A DNA stretch of 64,000 nucleotides from an uncultured Alphaproteobacteria bacterium (GCA_902590695.1 CACIXR010000002.1:132336-196335); one strand, 5' to 3'; counted from the stretch's first letter, positions 9,712 to 20,209 are shown. Program-made: numbers and translations. Notes: generated by a model from the sequence alone, not told the origin.

Positions 9712-11052
9712 ATGATAAAAAAAAACGATCTAATAGATTACTTTTATAAAGGAATTAAAGAAAAGAATGATTTACGCATAGGAGTAGAACACGAGAAATT
9801 TATTCTAAAAAAAGACAGTTTACGTCAATTATCTTATGAAGAGTCAAATGGTATAAAAGATATTCTTTTAAAATTTGTAAATAAAGGATGGAAGCCAAAG
9901 TATGATGATAAAGATACTACTATAATTGCTCTAGAAAGATTTGGTGAAAGTATAACCTTAGAACCAGGTGGTCAGATCGAATTATCTGGAGCGCAATTAA
10001 AAAATATCCATCAAACCTGTACTGAAACTAATAGACATTTAAAAGAGTTAAAAGAAATTGGTGAAGAATTCGGCTTTATATTATTAGGATTAGGTGTGGA
10101 GCCAAGTTTATCTCTTGATGATTTTCCTTGGATGCCAAAACAAAGATATTCCATAATGAAAAAATATATGCCTAAAGTTGGTACTCTGGGACATCATATG
10201 ATGAAACGCACATGTACAAACCAAGTAAATTTGGATTATCATTCTGAAGAAGATATGATTACTAAGTATAAATTAATGTTAAATCTTGAAGGTATAGCAA
10301 CTGCAATATTTGCTAATTCACCTTTCGATCAAAAAGAAGTATCCAAATATAAGAGTTTAAGATCTCATTTTTGGCATCACACAGACAAAGATAGAACAGG
10401 TTTATTGCCATTTGTTTTTGATAAAGATTTTAATTTTGAAAAATATGCGGAGTATGCTCTTGATGTGAAAATGTATTTTGTAATTAGAAATCATAATTAT
10501 ATAGATATGACAGATTATACTTTTAGAGATTTTATGAAAAATAATATTTCTAAAGATTTAAATATTGAACCTACTATTGAAGATTGGATAAACCACTTAT
10601 CAACTTTATTTCCTCAAGTTAGATTAAAGCAATTCTTAGAAATTCGTTCTATGGACGCATGTTCATGGGATTTAATATGTTCTCAGCCTGCTTTTTGGAT
10701 TGGTATTTTATATAATGATGAAGCTATTGATAAAACAAATGAAATTGTTGAGGGCTGGACTCAAAATGATAGAAATTTAATAAATAACTTAGCTCCAGTA
10801 GAAGGTTTACAAACAAAATTCAAAGATGGTGATCTGTTAGATATTGCACACAAATTATTTGAAATTTCAAAATCAGGTTTAGAGAAAAGAAATATTCTAG
10901 TAAAAAATGAAAAATATAATGAAACTTTTTATCTCAAAGATTTAGAACAAAATCTAACAAATGGTCATTCACCAGCTGATTTATTAATCAGCAAGTATAA
11001 TAGTGAATGGAAAAAAAATATTAAAAAAATTTATGAGGAAGAAATTTTCTAA
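9712..11052 (+). CDS. gshA: Glutamate-cysteine ligase, plant/alphaproteobacterial GCS2 type
   Basis: 446 aa. RIGVEHEKF and the overall GCS2-like sequence. Translationally coupled (TAATG) to gshB. Confidence 0.85.
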   Translation: MIKKNDLIDYFYKGIKEKNDLRIGVEHEKFILKKDSLRQLSYEESNGIKDILLKFVNKGWKPKYDDKDTTIIALERFGESITLEPGGQIELSGAQLKNIHQTCTETNRHLKELKEIGEEFGFILLGLGVEPSLSLDDFPWMPKQRYSIMKKYMPKVGTLGHHMMKRTCTNQVNLDYHSEEDMITKYKLMLNLEGIATAIFANSPFDQKEVSKYKSLRSHFWHHTDKDRTGLLPFVFDKDFNFEKYAEYALDVKMYFVIRNHNYIDMTDYTFRDFMKNNISKDLNIEPTIEDWINHLSTLFPQVRLKQFLEIRSMDACSWDLICSQPAFWIGILYNDEAIDKTNEIVEGWTQNDRNLINNLAPVEGLQTKFKDGDLLDIAHKLFEISKSGLEKRNILVKNEKYNETFYLKDLEQNLTNGHSPADLLISKYNSEWKKNIKKIYEEEIF

Positions 11053-11996
11053 TGAAAAAAAGTATAGCAATTCAAATGGATAATATCGAAAAAATTGATT
11101 ATGAATTCGATACATCTTTTTTAATAGGTTATGAGGCACAAGAAAGAGATTATGATATTTTTTATTACAATCCAAAAGATTTATTCATAAAAGAGAATAC
11201 TATTCAAGCATCTGGATATTATTTAGAGTTATTGCTAGATGAAAAAAATTATTTCAATTTTAAATCTAATAAAATAATTGTCAAATTAGAAGATTTTCAA
11301 TTTGTTTTTTTAAGACAAGATCCTCCTTTTGATATGAATTATATCACATCAACTTATATTTTGGACTTACTTCCATCTTCAACAATTGTTGTGAATGATC
11401 CAACAGCAGTTAGAAATTCAACTGAAAAATTATTTACATTTAATTTTAAAGAATTTATGCCACCTACTTTAGTAACAAAAGATTTAAAAATTATTGAAGA
11501 ATTTTTAAATAAAGAAGAGGATATTGTAACTAAACCACTTTATGGTAATGGAGGAGAGGGTATACATAGATTTGATAAAAGTAATTTCAATTCTAAAATA
11601 TTAGAGGAATATTTACACTTGCCTATAATGGTCCAAAAATTTATCAATGAGATAGAGCATGGTGACAGGAGGATCGTTTTTTTTGATGGAGAATATTTTG
11701 GTTCAGTTGCGAGAATACCACAAGAAGGTAATTTAAAGGCAAATTTTCATGCTGGTGGTAAGGCAAGTAAAACTGACCTAGTTTATAGAGACAAAGAAAT
11801 TATCGAAAATTTGGGACCAAAACTAAAAGAGCACAATCTTTTTTTTGTTGGAATTGATATAATTGGAAATTATCTAACAGAAGTAAATGTGACTTCACCT
11901 ACAGGATTGAAGCAAATTAATGCATTAAACAACGTAAAATTAGAGAAAGATTTTTGGGATAAGCTTGAAGCAAAATATAATTTAGTTTATTTATAA
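11052..11996 (+). CDS. gshB: Glutathione synthetase (ATP-grasp)
   Basis: 314 aa. FLRQDPPFD, KPLYGNGGEGI, RRIVFFDGEY and EVNVTSPTG are typical of GshB. Confidence 0.9.
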   Translation: MKKSIAIQMDNIEKIDYEFDTSFLIGYEAQERDYDIFYYNPKDLFIKENTIQASGYYLELLLDEKNYFNFKSNKIIVKLEDFQFVFLRQDPPFDMNYITSTYILDLLPSSTIVVNDPTAVRNSTEKLFTFNFKEFMPPTLVTKDLKIIEEFLNKEEDIVTKPLYGNGGEGIHRFDKSNFNSKILEEYLHLPIMVQKFINEIEHGDRRIVFFDGEYFGSVARIPQEGNLKANFHAGGKASKTDLVYRDKEIIENLGPKLKEHNLFFVGIDIIGNYLTEVNVTSPTGLKQINALNNVKLEKDFWDKLEAKYNLVYL

Positions 11997-12013
11997 TATT
12001 TAAAGGAAAACAT

Positions 12014-12580
12014 ATGCACGAAAATAGAATTTTAATACACAAACTAAGAAATTTTCAAAATATAAATTCAAATTTTCTTATAATAACACTGATGTTATTT
12101 GGTTCAATTTTACTAGCGATTTCCGCTAAAGTTCAAGTACCATTTTGGCCAGTGCCAATGACAATGCAGACGTTTGTCATATTCTTAATAGGAATGACAT
12201 ATAGTGTAAGATTATCTTTTGCCACAGTTGCATTTTACCTTTTTCAAGGAGCTATAGGACTTCCTGTTTTTGCGACCGGTGGTGGAGTTGCTTATTTAGT
12301 TGGACCAACAGCAGGATATCTTTATGGCATGTTATTTGCATCAATCGTTATAAGTTATTTAGCAAATTTAGGTTTTAGTAAAACATATTTTAAAGCTACA
12401 GTATCTCTATTAATTGGTTCTGCTATTATTTTTTCATTTGGTATCATCTATCTTGGTTATATTATTGGTTTCGAAAAGGCAGTAGCCGCTGGTCTTTTAC
12501 CATTTATTCCAAGTGAATTGTTTAAAATTGCATTAGCAGTTGCTTTGATCCCAACTTTACACAAAATTATTACAAAATAA
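12014..12580 (+). CDS. bioY: Biotin transporter BioY (solitary S component)
   Basis: 188 aa, 5-6 TM. VPMTMQTFVIFL and GPTAGYLYG motifs. No bioMN adjacent. Confidence 0.85.
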   Translation: MHENRILIHKLRNFQNINSNFLIITLMLFGSILLAISAKVQVPFWPVPMTMQTFVIFLIGMTYSVRLSFATVAFYLFQGAIGLPVFATGGGVAYLVGPTAGYLYGMLFASIVISYLANLGFSKTYFKATVSLLIGSAIIFSFGIIYLGYIIGFEKAVAAGLLPFIPSELFKIALAVALIPTLHKIITK

Positions 12581-12586
12581 TAATTA

Positions 12587-13477
12587 ATGAAAATCGGTAT
12601 TGATGTAGGCGGTACCAAAACTGAGGGTATTCTTCTAGATCCAAATGGAACTGAAATAGATAGAAAAAGAATTAATACTGAAAAAAGTTATGATGGAACA
12701 ATTAAGGGAATACTATCCATTATAAATCATTTTGAAGATAAACACGGCAAAGCAGAAACTGTTGGTATGGGAATGCCAGGAGCTATATCAAATGATACAG
12801 CTTTAATTAAAAATGCAAATTCTATATGGTTAAATGGCAAACCTTTTAAGCAAGATTTAGATAAAATTTTAAATAGAAATGTTAATTTGGAAAATGATGC
12901 TAATTGTTTTACTCTTTCTGAAGCGGTAGATGGAGCTGGTAAAGGGTTTGAAGTTGTTTTTGGAGTCATTATAGGAACTGGTGTAGGCGGAGGTATCAGT
13001 ATCAATCAAAAAGTAATTAGAGGTCGTAATAGTATAAGCGGAGAGTGGGGACACATAGTTTTGCCAAGTAGAACAGAAGATGAAAAAAAATATGTTAAAA
13101 AATGTTACTGTGGAAAAGATGGGTGCTTAGAGACCTATATATCTGGACCAGGCTTTTCATCTGTCTATAATTTACGTTGCAATAAAAATTATAATTCACA
13201 TCAAATTTTAGATGGTTTTAATAATAAAGAAAAAGATAGTATCTTTGCACTAAATCAATATGTAGATCATTTAGCAAGAGGCTTATCTCTAGTTTGTAAT
13301 ATTCTTGATCCAGATGTGATTGTTTTGGGTGGGGGTATGTCAAACATCGATTTTATTTACGAAAATATAAATGATGCTCTAAAAAAATATGTTTTTACAG
13401 ATACGCTTCACACTAAAGTTGTAAAAAATATTCATGGTGATTCAAGTGGAGTAAGGGGAGCAGCTTGGCTTTCCTAA
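12587..13477 (+). CDS. ROK-family sugar kinase (NagK/Mak-like)
   Basis: 296 aa. DVGGTK, ENDANCF, GEWGH and the zinc motif CYCGKDGCLETYISG. Confidence 0.8.
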   Translation: MKIGIDVGGTKTEGILLDPNGTEIDRKRINTEKSYDGTIKGILSIINHFEDKHGKAETVGMGMPGAISNDTALIKNANSIWLNGKPFKQDLDKILNRNVNLENDANCFTLSEAVDGAGKGFEVVFGVIIGTGVGGGISINQKVIRGRNSISGEWGHIVLPSRTEDEKKYVKKCYCGKDGCLETYISGPGFSSVYNLRCNKNYNSHQILDGFNNKEKDSIFALNQYVDHLARGLSLVCNILDPDVIVLGGGMSNIDFIYENINDALKKYVFTDTLHTKVVKNIHGDSSGVRGAAWLS

Positions 13478-14925
13478 ATACCACCCATAGATATATATTT
13501 AATAGTTAAATAATCATCAAGGCCATATCGAGAACCTTCTCTTCCCATTCCTGATTCTTTAACTCCACCAAAAGGAACTTCTGCAATTGTTGGTAGCCCA
13601 TTATTGATAGATACAATTCCATATTCAAGTGCTTCAGCAACTCTCCAAATTCTTCCTATGTCTCTTGAATAGAAATATGAAGCTAATCCATATGGTGTAT
13701 CATTAGCCATTTTAATCACCTCATCATCACTAGAAAATTTATAAAGAGGAGCAACGGGCCCAAATGTTTCTTCAAAAGTAATTTTTGCCTTTGTAGATAC
13801 ATTTGAGAGAACAGTTGGTTGATAGAAATTCCCACCAAGTGAATGAACATCTCCACCAATTGCTATTTTAGCTCCTGTATTTACTGCATCTTGTACATGA
13901 TCAATTACTTTTTCTAAAGAGGATTGATCAATTAAAGGACCAGACGCAATTCCATCTTCAAGTCCATTACCCACTGTTATTTTACTGACTTCATTTGTAA
14001 ATTTCTCTAGGAATTCATCATATATGTTTTTATGCACAAATATTCTATTTGAACAAATACATGTTTGACCACTATTTCTAAATTTACTTTGAAGTGCGCC
14101 TGCAACGGCTTCATCCATATCTGCATCATCGAAAACAATAAAGGGTGCATGACCACCAAGTTCCATAGAAACTTTTTTTACTGTTGAGGCACTTTGCTCT
14201 AAAAGTATTTTTCCAACCTCCGTAGATCCTGTAAAAGAAATTTTTCTTACAATTGGGTTACTTGTTAGCTCTTTACCAATCTCACTTGCCGATCCAGTGA
14301 TTACATTAAATACACCATCTGGAAAACCCGCTTCTTTAGCAAGTACTGCTACAGCTAGTGCTGAATAGGGTGTTTGGCTAGCTGGTTTAACAACAGTAGT
14401 ACAACCAACTGCTAGAGCAGCTGCACATTTTCTTGTAATCATTGAATTTGGAAAATTCCATGGAGTTATTGCTCCAACAACACCAACAGGTTGTTTAATT
14501 ATTACAATTCTTTTTCCAGGTCTTGGATCAGGAACTATATCACCATACACTCTTTTTGCTTCTTCAGCATAGAATTCAATGTATGAAGCACCCATTAGTA
14601 TTTCACCCTTTGCTTCAGCTAGAGGTTTACCTTGCTCAATAGTCATGATTTTAGCTAAATCATCTGCATTTTCTGTAATTAGCTCACCCCATTTTTTAAG
14701 AATAACAGATCTTTCTTTCGCAGTAGTTTCTTTCCAAGTTTGGAAAGCAGTATTGGCATCATCTACAGCTTTTTTAGTTTCTGAAACTGAGCATTTTGGG
14801 ACTTTGCCAATAATTTCAAGAGAGGCTGGATTATTTACCTCAAGAGTTTCACCTGAAGAACTGTCAACCCATTCTCCATTTATAAAACATTTTTGTTTAA
14901 AGAGTGATTTGTTATTTAATTCCAT
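13474..14925 (-). CDS. gabD: NAD(P)-dependent succinate-semialdehyde dehydrogenase (GabD-like ALDH)
   Basis: 483 aa. N-terminus FINGEWVDSSSGETLEVNNPA, ELGGHAP and catalytic GQTCICSNR. Overlaps the convergent ROK gene by 4 nt. Confidence 0.85.
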   Translation of the reverse strand: MELNNKSLFKQKCFINGEWVDSSSGETLEVNNPASLEIIGKVPKCSVSETKKAVDDANTAFQTWKETTAKERSVILKKWGELITENADDLAKIMTIEQGKPLAEAKGEILMGASYIEFYAEEAKRVYGDIVPDPRPGKRIVIIKQPVGVVGAITPWNFPNSMITRKCAAALAVGCTTVVKPASQTPYSALAVAVLAKEAGFPDGVFNVITGSASEIGKELTSNPIVRKISFTGSTEVGKILLEQSASTVKKVSMELGGHAPFIVFDDADMDEAVAGALQSKFRNSGQTCICSNRIFVHKNIYDEFLEKFTNEVSKITVGNGLEDGIASGPLIDQSSLEKVIDHVQDAVNTGAKIAIGGDVHSLGGNFYQPTVLSNVSTKAKITFEETFGPVAPLYKFSSDDEVIKMANDTPYGLASYFYSRDIGRIWRVAEALEYGIVSINNGLPTIAEVPFGGVKESGMGREGSRYGLDDYLTIKYISMGGI

Positions 14926-14968
14926 ATGTTTTAATTATAATGCATAGTTTTAAATTAAGGAAAATATA

Positions 14969-16072
14969 ATGACAATAGTTAATTCTTGGAATGAATGGGA
15001 TCCATTAAAACATGTTATAGTTGGAGCAGTTGAAAACGCCAACATACCTCCAATGGAACCAGCGCTTGAACCAAAAATAAGTAAAGATAGTGGTATGGCA
15101 GGATCTCACGGACCACGTTCACAGGAGTCAATTGATAAAGCAAATATACAATTAGAAAACTTTGTTAAAATATTAAATTCCTTAAATATAAAAGTTGATA
15201 GACCAACACCTATTGACTTTTCTCAGAGTATCGAGACACCCGATTGGTCTAATGATGGTATGTTTGGTTGTATGCCTCCAAGAGATGTTATTCTTACTGT
15301 AGGAAATGAAATGCTTGAGGCGCCCATGTCTTACAGATGTAGATGGTTTGAGTACCTTGCTTATAGACCACTACTTGAAAAATATTATTCAGAAGATAAA
15401 AATATGAGATGGGAGTCGGCACCTAAACCAAGATTAACAAATCAATCGTATAAGTCTAATTATCTTCCTGAAGGTATAACGGAAGAAGAACGATATAAAA
15501 AAATCGAAAATAGAGACATGATATTGACAGAAAAAGAACCACTTTTTGATGCAGCAGAAATTTTACGTTTTGGAAAAGACCTTTTTTATCATAACAATTT
15601 TACATCAAATTTAAGTGGTTTAGATTGGTTAAGAAGACATTATCCAAATCATCGTGTTCATCAAATTAATTTACCAGGTGATTTAATTCCAACTCACATT
15701 GATGCATGTTTTACTCCTATTAAACCAGGAGTTATAATTATTAATCCGAATAGAAAAATATCATCAGAGCAAAGAAAAATTTTCGATGATAATAAATGGG
15801 AAATTCATGAGGCAGCACCTTCCATTCATAATAGTCCACCACCTATGTGTTATTCATCAATCTGGTTATCAATGAACGTTTTGATAATTGATCCTAAAAC
15901 TATATGCGTCGAGGCAACTGAAGAAAAAATGATCAAACAAATGGAAAGTTTTGGATTGGATGTTATTCCAGTTCCTTTTAGAGACGTTTATGCATTTGGA
16001 GGTAGTCTACATTGTGCCACTACTGATGTTCATAGAGAGGGTGAGTGTGAGGATTATTTTCCAAATCAATAA
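14969..16072 (+). CDS. Amidinotransferase (glycine/inosamine amidinotransferase family)
   Basis: 367 aa. N-terminus VNSWNEWDPLKHVIVG and the C-terminal catalytic-Cys motif GGSLHCATTDVHREG resemble AGAT/StrB-type enzymes. Confidence 0.8.
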   Translation: MTIVNSWNEWDPLKHVIVGAVENANIPPMEPALEPKISKDSGMAGSHGPRSQESIDKANIQLENFVKILNSLNIKVDRPTPIDFSQSIETPDWSNDGMFGCMPPRDVILTVGNEMLEAPMSYRCRWFEYLAYRPLLEKYYSEDKNMRWESAPKPRLTNQSYKSNYLPEGITEEERYKKIENRDMILTEKEPLFDAAEILRFGKDLFYHNNFTSNLSGLDWLRRHYPNHRVHQINLPGDLIPTHIDACFTPIKPGVIIINPNRKISSEQRKIFDDNKWEIHEAAPSIHNSPPPMCYSSIWLSMNVLIIDPKTICVEATEEKMIKQMESFGLDVIPVPFRDVYAFGGSLHCATTDVHREGECEDYFPNQ

Positions 16073-16827
16073 TGTATAGTTTTAATCAAAATAATTTTAA
16101 AGCCAATTTACATAATACAAACTTTTCTAGAATTGGTATAATTACACTATCAACTGATTTTACCATTGAGCAAGATTTTAGAAAAATTTGCCATAATTTA
16201 CCAGTAGATCTATTTTTTAATAGGATACCTTTTTTAAATCCTCTAACTCATGAAAATTATATGAGGATGGCTGATCATCTTACAGAAACAACAAACCAAA
16301 TACTACCCAATGAAAAAATACAAGTTGTAGCGTATGGATGTACTTCAGGTACTATTGAAATTGGTGAAAAAAGAATAAGATCTGAAATCTTCAAGGCTAA
16401 ACCTGATGCTTTAATTACTACACCTATTACAGCAGCTGTCAAAGCACTTAAATTGTTAAACCATAAAAAAATTGCTGTTCTTACTCCTTATCCAAAAGAT
16501 GTTAATGTTAAAGTTTACAAATATTTAATTGATAGTGGATTTGAAATTAAATCATTTAGTTCGTTTAATTTACATTATGACTCGGAAATTGCCAAAGTTA
16601 CTCATGATAGTTTAAAGCAAACAATTTCCTCAATTGATTTAACAGATGTTGATAGTATTTTTGTTTCTTGTACTGCATTAAAAGTAATTGATATTATCGA
16701 AACATTAGAGTTAAAATTAAGCACAGATATCATTTCAAGTAATCAAGCTATTATTTGGGATTCATTAAGGTTATCTAATATTAATCAAAAAATTGATGGT
16801 TTTGGTAACCTATTTAAATTACATTAA
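16072..16827 (+). CDS. Asp/Glu-racemase superfamily protein (maleate isomerase / arylmalonate decarboxylase / EutA-like)
   Basis: 251 aa. Both Cys motifs are present (AYGCTSGT and VSCTAL), and the C-terminal SSNQAIIWDSLR is typical of this family. Confidence 0.7.
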   Translation: MYSFNQNNFKANLHNTNFSRIGIITLSTDFTIEQDFRKICHNLPVDLFFNRIPFLNPLTHENYMRMADHLTETTNQILPNEKIQVVAYGCTSGTIEIGEKRIRSEIFKAKPDALITTPITAAVKALKLLNHKKIAVLTPYPKDVNVKVYKYLIDSGFEIKSFSSFNLHYDSEIAKVTHDSLKQTISSIDLTDVDSIFVSCTALKVIDIIETLELKLSTDIISSNQAIIWDSLRLSNINQKIDGFGNLFKLH

Positions 16828-16839
16828 ATAGGGTTTAAA

Positions 16840-17802
16840 TTGATTACACTTCAACAAATACAAGGTGCACATAAGAAAATTTTACCTTATGTTAATTATA
16901 CACCATTAATTAATTCTAATTTCTTATCAAAAAATACTACAGTAAAACTAAAGTTAGAAAATTTTCAAATCACTGGTTCATTTAAGTTAAGAGGTGCTGT
17001 TAATAAACTTCTTTCTTTAAGTGAAGATGACAAAAGCAAAGGAGTCATCGCAGTCTCTACAGGCAATCATGGTAAAGGCGTTGCTTATGCTTCAAAAGTA
17101 TTGGGTATTCAATCAACAATATACATGTCTTCAATGGTTCCAGAATACAGAAAAGAGGCTATTGAAAAATTAGGAGCTAAAGTAGAAATTATTGGAAAGA
17201 ATAGTGATGAAGCTGATTTGTATGCTAAACAAATTGCGAAAGAAAAAAATATCCCATTAATTCATCCTTTTGATGATGAAGATATTATAATAGGCCAAGG
17301 TACAGTTGGACTTGAAATGCTTAATGAATTTCCTGAAGTTGATACAGTAATTATCCCAACATCTGGTGGCGGTCTTATATCTGGAATAGCACAAGCTATT
17401 AAACTTCAAAAACCTGACACAAAAATTATTGCCGTATCTATGGAAAGAGGTCCTTCAATGTATGAAAGTTTAAAAGAAGGTAAGCCTGTTGATGTAGAGG
17501 AAACTGAAACTTTAGCTGATTGTTTAGGGGGTAGTATTGGTTTAGATAATAAATTTACATTTAATATTGTACAACAATACGTTGATGACTTTGTTTTAGT
17601 AAGTGAAGAAAAAATAGCTGAAGGAATTAGAATAAATTTTTTAGAACATAAAATTGTATCAGAAGGTGCTGCAGCAACAAGTGTAATGGTTGTTAAAGAA
17701 AAATTAACATCGCACTTAGGAAAAAATATAATTTGTTTAATTTGTGGTGGAAATATTGACTCTGAACTATTTAACAAAGTTTTAAGCCATGCTCATCCTT
17801 AA
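16840..17802 (+). CDS. PLP-dependent threonine/serine dehydratase-like enzyme (EutB-like)
   Basis: 320 aa with a TTG start. PLP-Lys motif TGSFKLRGA, then STGNHG and a SGGGLISG loop. Confidence 0.8.
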   Translation: MITLQQIQGAHKKILPYVNYTPLINSNFLSKNTTVKLKLENFQITGSFKLRGAVNKLLSLSEDDKSKGVIAVSTGNHGKGVAYASKVLGIQSTIYMSSMVPEYRKEAIEKLGAKVEIIGKNSDEADLYAKQIAKEKNIPLIHPFDDEDIIIGQGTVGLEMLNEFPEVDTVIIPTSGGGLISGIAQAIKLQKPDTKIIAVSMERGPSMYESLKEGKPVDVEETETLADCLGGSIGLDNKFTFNIVQQYVDDFVLVSEEKIAEGIRINFLEHKIVSEGAAATSVMVVKEKLTSHLGKNIICLICGGNIDSELFNKVLSHAHP

Positions 17803-18763
17803 TAAAAATGATATTATTCAACATGTAGATTTAAATAAAAATCTCATCCCAATAATAGAAGACGCATTTAATAGTTTATCAAAGGGATTGGTAATGATGC
17901 CACCTATAATGAGAATTGATATTGAAAAATATCATGGTGAATCAGATGTTAAAGCTGCATACGTTGAGGGTCTTGATAGTTTTGCAATAAAAATCGCTTC
18001 AGGTTTTTTTGATAATCCAAAACTTGGTTTACCATCTAGTAATGGACTGATGGTTTTATTAGACTCAAAGACTGGAGTTGTAAAATCTGTTTTATTGGAT
18101 GAAGGTTATCTTACAGATACTAGAACAGCTATAGCAGGAGCAATAGCTACAAAATATTTATCAAATCAAAATGCTAATTCTGTTGGTATTATTGGGGCTG
18201 GAATTCAAGCCAAATTACAACTTCAAGCAATAATGTTAGTTAGAAAAATTAATAAAATAATAGTCTGGTCAAGAGATCAAATAAAAGCAAATCAATTTAT
18301 AAAAAGTTTTAAAGATTTAGATTTAGATTTGCATGTAGCTTCTTCTTGCAAAGAATTGGCAAGCTTATCAGAAATAATCGTTACAACGACTCCTAGTAAA
18401 AAACCACTTTTAGAATTTGATTGGATAAATAAAGGAACTCACATAACAGCAATGGGATCAGATGCTGAACAAAAAAATGAATTAGATCCTCATATGTTAA
18501 AATATTGTGATCAATATGTGCCTGACAATCAATTACAAACAAGTGTTTTGGGTGAATTACATCATGCATTAAAACAGAATATAATTTCTTCCAAAGAAAA
18601 ATTTAATGAACTTGGCGATATTATTAGTGATCCAAGCTTAGGAAGAAAAAATAATGAAGATATAACGATATGTGATTTGACAGGAACTGGCGTACAAGAT
18701 ACTGCAATAGCAAGGTTTGCCTATAATCTTTGTAAAACAAATAATTTAGGCATCAATATTTAA
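17789..18763 (+). CDS. Ornithine cyclodeaminase / mu-crystallin family protein (EutC / pyrroline-2-carboxylate reductase-like)
   Basis: 324 aa. LTDTRTAIAGA and the Rossmann motif GIIGAGIQAK. Overlaps the upstream gene by 14 nt. Confidence 0.85.
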   Translation: MLILNKNDIIQHVDLNKNLIPIIEDAFNSLSKGLVMMPPIMRIDIEKYHGESDVKAAYVEGLDSFAIKIASGFFDNPKLGLPSSNGLMVLLDSKTGVVKSVLLDEGYLTDTRTAIAGAIATKYLSNQNANSVGIIGAGIQAKLQLQAIMLVRKINKIIVWSRDQIKANQFIKSFKDLDLDLHVASSCKELASLSEIIVTTTPSKKPLLEFDWINKGTHITAMGSDAEQKNELDPHMLKYCDQYVPDNQLQTSVLGELHHALKQNIISSKEKFNELGDIISDPSLGRKNNEDITICDLTGTGVQDTAIARFAYNLCKTNNLGINI

Positions 18764-18766
18764 TTT

Positions 18767-20209
18767 ATGAGTCAAGCAATAATAAAAAAAACGTCTGATT
18801 ACTTCAAATCAAAAGGAGTTGTCTTACCTAGTATAAGTGAACTTCAAGATCCTCAAATTATTAATGATGATATTAAAAATTCTCTAAAAAAAATAAATAA
18901 TAATGATATCAATCCTCTTAACCTTTTTAGAGTTCATTGGTTTAATAAAAGAGATCAATCAGGTTTTGGAAATGAGCCTGAATATATTGTTCTTCCAACA
19001 GAATTTACAGGTGTTAAGGCAAAGATAATTGTAAATATGGGACGATATTTTCCCTTAATAACAGCTCATAAAGTTTTGGCAGCTTATGGTTGTTTGCTTC
19101 CAAGAATATTGAATGGCACTTTTGATTATGAAAAACATAAAGCAGTTTGGCCTTCAACAGGAAATTATTGCAGGGGTGGAGTGGCAATATCTCGGATAAT
19201 GGGTCTTAATAGTATTGCAATACTTCCTGAAGGAATGAGTAATGAGAGGTTTGAATGGTTGAATAATTGGGTTGAAGATAAAAAAAATATTATAAAGACA
19301 AAAGGCACAGAAAGTAATGTTAAAGAAATCTATGATGCTTGCAATGAATTAAAAAAAGATAATCAAAATGATATCATAAATCAATTTGATGAGTATTATA
19401 ATTACGGTATTCATCGTTCTGTAACCGGTCCATCGTTTGAAAAATCATTTCTTAAAGTTAAAGGTAACAGTAATTTGACTCCTAGGTTTTACGTAAGTGC
19501 TTCAGGATCAAGCGGTACTCTAGCAGCAGGAGATTATCTTAAAGACAAATTACAGACGAAGATTGCAGTTGTTGAAGCTTTGGAGTGTCCAACATTGCTT
19601 CATGGAGGTTATGGAGAACATAATATACAAGGTATTGGTGACAAACATGTTCCCCTTATTCATAATGTAATGAATACAGATTTTGTCGTAGATGTTTCTG
19701 ATCAAGCTACCAATAATCTAAATATGATTTTTAATACTGAAATAGGAAAAAAGTTTTTAATTGAGAAAAAAAATTTTGAGCCTGATTTTGTTTCTCGACT
19801 TCCCGAATTTGGCTTTTCAGCAATAGCAAATATATTGGCATCAATAAAATTAGCTAAATATATGGATTTAAATAGTGATGATGCAATTATAACGGTTGCT
19901 ACAGATGGTGCAGATTTATATATGTCAGAATTAAATAAGACCATTGCTCATTTTAAAAATAATTATGATGAAATAGTTTGTGCTGAACTATTTGGAAAGC
20001 ACTTATCAGGAATATCTACTGATAATATGCTAGAACTTTCTTACATGGACAAGAAAAGAATATTTAATTTAGGGTACTTTACTTGGGTAGAGCAACAAGG
20101 TGTAAGTCTTGAAGAATTTGAAAAAAGAAAAGATCAAAAATTTTGGAATTCACATTATGATTATATGCTTTCTCTAGACAATAAGATTAAAGAATTTAAT
20201 AATATGTAG
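18767..20209 (+). CDS. Fold-type-II (Trp-synthase-beta-like) PLP-dependent enzyme, unusually long, reaction unknown
   Basis: 480 aa. Candidate PLP-Lys in ITAHKVLAAYG, WPSTGNYCRGG and the Gly-rich loop SASGSSGTLAAG. The roughly 80-aa N-terminal and roughly 100-aa C-terminal extensions are unassigned. Confidence 0.6.
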   Translation: MSQAIIKKTSDYFKSKGVVLPSISELQDPQIINDDIKNSLKKINNNDINPLNLFRVHWFNKRDQSGFGNEPEYIVLPTEFTGVKAKIIVNMGRYFPLITAHKVLAAYGCLLPRILNGTFDYEKHKAVWPSTGNYCRGGVAISRIMGLNSIAILPEGMSNERFEWLNNWVEDKKNIIKTKGTESNVKEIYDACNELKKDNQNDIINQFDEYYNYGIHRSVTGPSFEKSFLKVKGNSNLTPRFYVSASGSSGTLAAGDYLKDKLQTKIAVVEALECPTLLHGGYGEHNIQGIGDKHVPLIHNVMNTDFVVDVSDQATNNLNMIFNTEIGKKFLIEKKNFEPDFVSRLPEFGFSAIANILASIKLAKYMDLNSDDAIITVATDGADLYMSELNKTIAHFKNNYDEIVCAELFGKHLSGISTDNMLELSYMDKKRIFNLGYFTWVEQQGVSLEEFEKRKDQKFWNSHYDYMLSLDNKIKEFNNM

